From positions 1-64,000 of IMG/VR virus record IMGVR_UViG_3300030372_004205: a stretch of 64,000 bases of DNA; one strand, given 5' to 3'. The notes below the pieces were generated by a model, which did not search any database, was not told the DNA's origin, and saw only the letters and a list, made by a program, of their open reading frames with translations. Source of the DNA: an uncultured virus (IMG/VR IMGVR_UViG_3300030372_004205). Its lineage: Duplodnaviria; Heunggongvirae; Uroviricota; Caudoviricetes; Crassvirales. This document shows positions 59,190 through 64,000 of the stretch, piece by piece. The position numbers and the translations under genes are program-made. Positions within the stretch are counted from its first letter, which is position 1; each line of letters begins with the position of its first letter.

Positions 59190-59680
59190 TATATTGTCTT
59201 ATACGTTATTGTTACTTCTTCTCCGCAATCAATAGCCTCTGCTATTCGTGGGTATATTCTTTTATATGCTTGAGTTGACTTACCTATAAAACCGTCCTTC
59301 GTGATTTGGTTGTTTTCTTGGGAGTCGCCAACCAAGAGACACCCAGCTGTATGCTCGTCAGTGTTACCACAATGTATAAGAATATACTCAAAACCAGGCA
59401 CATCAGTAACGTGAAGCATCCCAATATGAATGTGAGGAAAACGTTTAGAATACTTTGCATGGTATCCCCCAACTTTTCTAAGACCCAATTTGTAAGTTCC
59501 ATTTGGTATTCTTGTCTCGCCATATACTTTTTCATTTCGTTGTTCATCTTCTAATGTGTATGCTAAAAATTTTCTTTGTTTAAAACTACCATCTATATCA
59601 TTACCCTGTTCAATAGTTTCGAACAGTACTCCATTAGTACTATCAGTACCACTAGAGAATCTAATTACTTCTAAATTCAT
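59189..59680 (-). CDS. DUF5675-like putative endolysin (His/Cys peptidase)
   Basis: YTLED...ETRIPNGTY...ILIHCGNT..HTAGCLLVG. Confidence 0.75.
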   Translation of the reverse strand: MNLEVIRFSSGTDSTNGVLFETIEQGNDIDGSFKQRKFLAYTLEDEQRNEKVYGETRIPNGTYKLGLRKVGGYHAKYSKRFPHIHIGMLHVTDVPGFEYILIHCGNTDEHTAGCLLVGDSQENNQITKDGFIGKSTQAYKRIYPRIAEAIDCGEEVTITYKTI

Positions 59681-59986
59681 TTATTTAATCGTTACAGTTA
59701 AAGCTGGTGATGTACCAGTGCTATACATTTTTAAATTATAAACCTCTTCATTGAAGCTAATATTATCCTCTAACACAAGTGTTGTGCCCTTTGGGATATT
59801 AACATTCTTAATAAAATAGTAATCATTAGCATCAATACCGTTGTTTAAAAATAGATTAACAACAGCCCCATTATTATTGTCACTGAAGTTAGCTATTGTT
59901 ATTTTACTTATATTACCAGATCTATTTCCACCTTTGTTTATTAAAAATGTAGTAGCCGGTGAGGTTGTTACGTTTACTATTTTCAT
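59681..59986 (-). CDS. Small beta-rich putative virion protein
   Basis: 101 aa; ITIAN...IPKGTTLVL. Confidence 0.55.
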   Translation of the reverse strand: MKIVNVTTSPATTFLINKGGNRSGNISKITIANFSDNNNGAVVNLFLNNGIDANDYYFIKNVNIPKGTTLVLEDNISFNEEVYNLKMYSTGTSPALTVTIK

Positions 59987-59987
59987 A

Positions 59988-61067
59988 TTATATACTTGTT
60001 ATTTGTACCATAGCACCGTGTACGTATATTGAATTACTTCCGGGTGCAACCTTTATAACTAGATCTTGTAAGAGACCAGCTATTCCAGACGCACCTATGT
60101 TTGGTGATAAAACCACCTGAGCTCCAACGTTACCGGTTGTTGAGCTAACCGCATCATTTTCTCCATTTTGAAAATTATAAGGATAAGCTGTTACACCATT
60201 TACTACACTACTACTCGCATACACGGTTACGGATGTTGCTTTCATATCTCTCGGTATTTTAACAAAAGCATACATAACATCAAGTGCGTTAACAGTTCTA
60301 ACCCCAAACTCAGCCCCACTATCTTCATCGTCCTCAATAACCAGTGGATCGGTAGCTCTATCTCCTACTATAAATTCATTTGGCATAACCTTTATAAAAT
60401 TTTCATTCCAAGCCCCTGTTGGTGCAGGTTTATATGTTTCAGGTCCCGTATTAATAGAGTTGGATGTGAATATTATATCTCCATCTATATCAAGAGTCAT
60501 ATGTGCAAGTGCAGCATCAGCATCCTTTGTTCGAAGTGTGGTTGCACCATTAGTTGTTGTTATTGTACCAAACCAATCAGCGGGGTTAGCTGAACTTTCG
60601 TGGAGCAATTCAAAACTACCGTTTGTTATGTTTTGTCTTATACCCATACTATCATGAGCATCACCTCCAGCTCCACCAACAGTTATTTCTATTCCTTGAC
60701 AAATATGAGAGCCATTATTGTTTATTATCATCCCAACACTTTGATTGCTAGTGTTGCTACCTAATTGGTTTCCGTCAATATCAATCTCAATACCGTACAT
60801 TTTGCTTTGTCTAGCGCCATGATTACCAGTATCATCCATGTCAATCCTAAGGCCTCTCATTATATTAACGCCGCTAGCTAAACTACCCGCTAATTTATAG
60901 TAAAGATTAATAACACTCCCCCATCGCAATTGGGTACCTTCTTGAGTTACACTTATGTCTGTTGCGTTGTCACTAAAACTCCCATCTCCGTCGTAAGTAT
61001 ACTCTTGAATTATTTTGTTTCTAAATCTAGATATAAAATCCCATATATGTTGACCTATCCATTTCAT
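59988..61067 (-). CDS. Putative tail fibre/spike protein
   Basis: MKWIGQHIWDFISRFR N-terminus; G/N/T-rich beta repeats. Confidence 0.55.
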   Translation of the reverse strand: MKWIGQHIWDFISRFRNKIIQEYTYDGDGSFSDNATDISVTQEGTQLRWGSVINLYYKLAGSLASGVNIMRGLRIDMDDTGNHGARQSKMYGIEIDIDGNQLGSNTSNQSVGMIINNNGSHICQGIEITVGGAGGDAHDSMGIRQNITNGSFELLHESSANPADWFGTITTTNGATTLRTKDADAALAHMTLDIDGDIIFTSNSINTGPETYKPAPTGAWNENFIKVMPNEFIVGDRATDPLVIEDDEDSGAEFGVRTVNALDVMYAFVKIPRDMKATSVTVYASSSVVNGVTAYPYNFQNGENDAVSSTTGNVGAQVVLSPNIGASGIAGLLQDLVIKVAPGSNSIYVHGAMVQITSI

Positions 61068-61069
61068 TT

Positions 61070-61249
61070 TTATATTTCAAATCCAAAGTTTAAAATCATA
61101 AATCTAAACCTTGCACATTTACCTTTCTTTTTACACTCCCAACAAGGACAAAATGACAATTCAAATATTGTCCACGTTCCTAGTCTAAAGTTTATTTCGT
61201 ATACTTCTTTTTTATTACCTGCTTTCCAGGAATTAATCCAATTTATCAT
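61070..61249 (-). CDS. Small hypothetical protein, 59 aa
   Basis: MINWINSWKAGNKK...CPCWEC...LNFGFEI; downstream of a late-type motif. Confidence 0.6.
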   Translation of the reverse strand: MINWINSWKAGNKKEVYEINFRLGTWTIFELSFCPCWECKKKGKCARFRFMILNFGFEI

Positions 61250-61275
61250 GTTTTACTTTTTATTGTTATACTATT

Positions 61276-61304
61276 ATTATTACACGTTTATTGGTGAGCA
61301 TAAC
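61276..61304 (-). promoter_or_regulatory. Putative late promoter GTTATG-N14-TGTAATAAT
   Basis: Weaker copy of the recurring motif. Confidence 0.4.
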
Positions 61305-63999
61305 ATCTTTTTACTTTTCCTGTATACTCTCCTCTATTTTTACATCTCTTACCTGAAGAGGTTGTTCCAGTGCATTGATACTCTTTTACACCATCAGCAT
61401 CCCTATCCATACCGTCCTTGAACTCAGCGTGGTGAGGGCATAGCCAGGTTTTTTTACCAGAGCTTTTAAATGCAGCTTGCTCTCTTTGAGAATATGCTGT
61501 TGTTAAACCACATCTCTTGCCGTTCGACTTTAACCCAGAGCATTGAACTACTTTACCCTCTTCAATCATCTTCTTTAAGTCTTTTTCTTTCTGCTCTTTC
61601 TTATTTTTGTTTATCTCCTTCTTAATCTCTTTGTCAACTTCTTTTTTTATTTCTTTTGCTTTTTCTTTTTTTGTTTTAAGAGATTGTTTTGCTTCTTCTA
61701 ACTGCTTATCTACAACCCCAAGACTCCATCTACTCCAGCCAGACATTAACGCTATACGTTGCCAAAACTCATGATCACCAGCTATAGCTTCTTCTACATT
61801 ATTAGCTTTGTTTAATATTCTAGCCACAGGTAAGTTTGTTAAAGCCTCAGTCCAATTAGCCGCAATACTTAAATTAGGATTTTCAATTCTAATACCTATC
61901 TCACTACTAACACCTTTATTAAATTCTTCGGTTTTAACAGCATTCATTATTTTTCTCATTTTAGTTCCTAATGGTGGAGAAAGATTAACAGCTTCTTGAG
62001 CTATATTTAGATTATCTCTTTTCCATCTCGGCTTCTCACGCTCTTCTTTCCATTTTAATAAAACATTTTTAAGAGTAGAAACACCCGCACCATATATACC
62101 GGTACCTCTCAATAACGTGTCTAGCGCTCCATTAGCAACTCTTTGTTCTAACTTTTCTTCTCTTTCTTCATCTTCATCCCAACCGAACAACAAGAACATT
62201 AACCCTGTTTGAAGAGCACCAAACAATAGATTTTGAGCAACACCATAATAAATTATTCCAGATATATTAGCCATATCACTTTGCTTCTGTGTATAACCTG
62301 GTATACGCCTTCTATTAATTAAATCAGATAATTTCTTTTTAGTAAGTCTTGTCATCTGCATCGGAGTGTTTTGCCAAGCTAGTATCAACCTACCTAATGG
62401 TCCAGCTTGTTGATTAGATATTAAATCAGGTCTAGATGACTGTTGCGTTTCCTCAGCTATTTCTTGAAAGTCTAACCAGGTTTGTTCTTTAGCTTTACTC
62501 TCTGACATTCCCTCTTTTAAATACTTATTTAATCTATTTCTATAGAAGGTTGCACCACCCATTGCAATGGCAAAGCTATCTGCAATTTGTGTTGGTGTAA
62601 AACCTACTTCTAGTAAATAAGCTATAATCGCTTGTGGTTTACTTTTACCTGTATTAAATGCTTTTGTTAATTCAGAAGCTGATACATCTATTTGTAATCC
62701 AGCTCGTCTTTGTTTTAACATGTCTGAATTAAATATAAATGTGAAGTCTTTTATAAACTGAGGAGCGTTAGCAAAAGCAGCAGCAGCTTTAAATACATTA
62801 TTATCTGACGCATTAATAAAGTTAACCATTGATATTGTTTGGAGACTTGCTGATCTCATGTTAAAAAACATCACAGCTCCAACTGACCCATTTATCCAAT
62901 CTAAAAATCCATTAACTTGAGCATCTTTACCGGTAACCCTGTTTTGACCGGTCTCCATTCTGTATAATATTTTTTCAAGCTCAGTTCTAAAACCAGTTCC
63001 GTACGTAGCCTCTATTTTATTTAAATTCTCTTGTGAGAATATTAAGTTTTTATTTTCAATCCAATCTCTAAGAAATTGTTTTCTACCAATTTTTAAAACG
63101 GTGCTAGATAAATCACTAGCTATATTACCCACAACCCAATGTTGATCTGGTTCTATATATCCATCTTGAATTCTAGATAACTTACTAAGACCATCAGCAA
63201 ACGTTTTTAGCTTTGGATTACTAATAACTCTCTTTTTTAACCTATCTATTTGTTCTTTAGATATACCTGGTATTTCAAATCCAGCCTTATCCCACAGATA
63301 AACTCTAACAGCATGATCGTTTGTATATACTGTTCCAGCCGCTTTCTTTTTTAATAACTTACTAATACCCTTAAAAGATTTTTTTAAAGCCTTATAGTCA
63401 TCAGACATAGCTTGCTTGTAAGCATTCCATCCTCTATATCCCTTCGCGTATGGGTCTAGTAAATGTTCTTTAAAAAATGCAGCGTGTTTATCACCTACTC
63501 TACCCTTACCTAAGAAGGAATATAGTAGTCCCTTGAAGTCCTCTGCTGAGGGTGGTATTATAAAATTAAATCTACCTTTTTTAATCCCTAATATTCTAGC
63601 ATCACTAGTACTAAACTTCTTTTTTGCCCACACACCCATTGTGTCTTCTAATATTTTATTAAACTCAGAGCTCACGTCTTTGCTAAGTTGTATTTTAGCT
63701 TGAACAACCTTAGATTTAATATCTAGTTGTTCTAGTACATTCTTAACAGCTTTTACGTTTGGTAAGGCATCATCTACGAAATACATATCATTATATCCCT
63801 CTGCAAACTTTTCTAACATCCAGTTGGCTTTAGATTCACCTCTACTATCTGCTAATCCTGTTATATTTTTAAATGGTATATTTACACCTTTAGATTTCAA
63901 CCACTCGTGAATAGCAATATCAGCAGTTTGAGGTCTAGCTGTTAACACAAAAACATTATTAGGTCCATACTTTTTAATTTGATTTTTCATTTTCTGAAG
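61288..63999 (-). CDS. Giant virion polyvalent protein, C-terminal part (open at the right edge)
   Basis: Frame open to the window end; HAD motifs, helical/hydrophobic LPD-like region, two C-terminal CxnCxnCxxH fingers. Confidence 0.85.
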   Translation of the reverse strand, partial: LQKMKNQIKKYGPNNVFVLTARPQTADIAIHEWLKSKGVNIPFKNITGLADSRGESKANWMLEKFAEGYNDMYFVDDALPNVKAVKNVLEQLDIKSKVVQAKIQLSKDVSSEFNKILEDTMGVWAKKKFSTSDARILGIKKGRFNFIIPPSAEDFKGLLYSFLGKGRVGDKHAAFFKEHLLDPYAKGYRGWNAYKQAMSDDYKALKKSFKGISKLLKKKAAGTVYTNDHAVRVYLWDKAGFEIPGISKEQIDRLKKRVISNPKLKTFADGLSKLSRIQDGYIEPDQHWVVGNIASDLSSTVLKIGRKQFLRDWIENKNLIFSQENLNKIEATYGTGFRTELEKILYRMETGQNRVTGKDAQVNGFLDWINGSVGAVMFFNMRSASLQTISMVNFINASDNNVFKAAAAFANAPQFIKDFTFIFNSDMLKQRRAGLQIDVSASELTKAFNTGKSKPQAIIAYLLEVGFTPTQIADSFAIAMGGATFYRNRLNKYLKEGMSESKAKEQTWLDFQEIAEETQQSSRPDLISNQQAGPLGRLILAWQNTPMQMTRLTKKKLSDLINRRRIPGYTQKQSDMANISGIIYYGVAQNLLFGALQTGLMFLLFGWDEDEEREEKLEQRVANGALDTLLRGTGIYGAGVSTLKNVLLKWKEEREKPRWKRDNLNIAQEAVNLSPPLGTKMRKIMNAVKTEEFNKGVSSEIGIRIENPNLSIAANWTEALTNLPVARILNKANNVEEAIAGDHEFWQRIALMSGWSRWSLGVVDKQLEEAKQSLKTKKEKAKEIKKEVDKEIKKEINKNKKEQKEKDLKKMIEEGKVVQCSGLKSNGKRCGLTTAYSQREQAAFKSSGKKTWLCPHHAEFKDGMDRDADGVKEYQCTGTTSSGKRCKNRGEYTGKVKRCYAHQ

Positions 64000-64000
64000 C
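63733..64000. repeat. Diverged direct repeat, copy 2 (matches 1..268)
   Basis: See copy 1. Confidence 0.9.

Noticed and set aside
63733..64000. End repeats as a DGR template/variable pair or as exact terminal repeats
   Set aside because: No reverse transcriptase is visible, the differences are not adenine-specific and many are synonymous, and the copies are too diverged to be a direct terminal repeat.
1..64000. Stop-codon reassignment as in some crAss-like phages
   Set aside because: Genes are long and tightly packed under the standard code, and there is no suppressor tRNA.

Overview
A nearly complete, apparently circularly permuted genome of an AT-rich podovirus-type tailed phage. The host is inferred to be in Bacteroidota (no Shine-Dalgarno sites, Hc1-like protein, T9SS-like C-terminus, crAss/Cellulophaga-phage-like head-tail gene order). 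Two divergent arms start near 38.4-38.9 kb and converge at a bidirectional terminator near 55.67 kb. The minus arm carries small basic proteins, GroEL/GroES, terminase, portal, scaffold, capsid, tail and ejection proteins. It also carries a giant protein that runs off the left end and resumes at the right end, then a lysis/envelope cassette. The plus arm carries small early genes, tRNA-Arg, tRNA-like and other structured RNAs, ligase, sigma factor, ERF/exonuclease/SSB, primase-helicase, a thymidylate-synthase-family enzyme, MazG, endonuclease and class II RNR. Main unexplained signals: (1) the giant ejection-region protein has zincin, sigma-factor-like, HAD and zinc-finger segments, alongside an 8-copy early promoter motif; (2) a family of small late proteins shares an N-terminal M[AG][FY]xxKG[FY][ST]P tag; (3) a ~600 nt array of structured RNAs; (4) an outer-membrane barrel/T9SS-cargo cassette; (5) a probable cytosine-modification module. 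All calls come from reading motifs by eye, without database searches.
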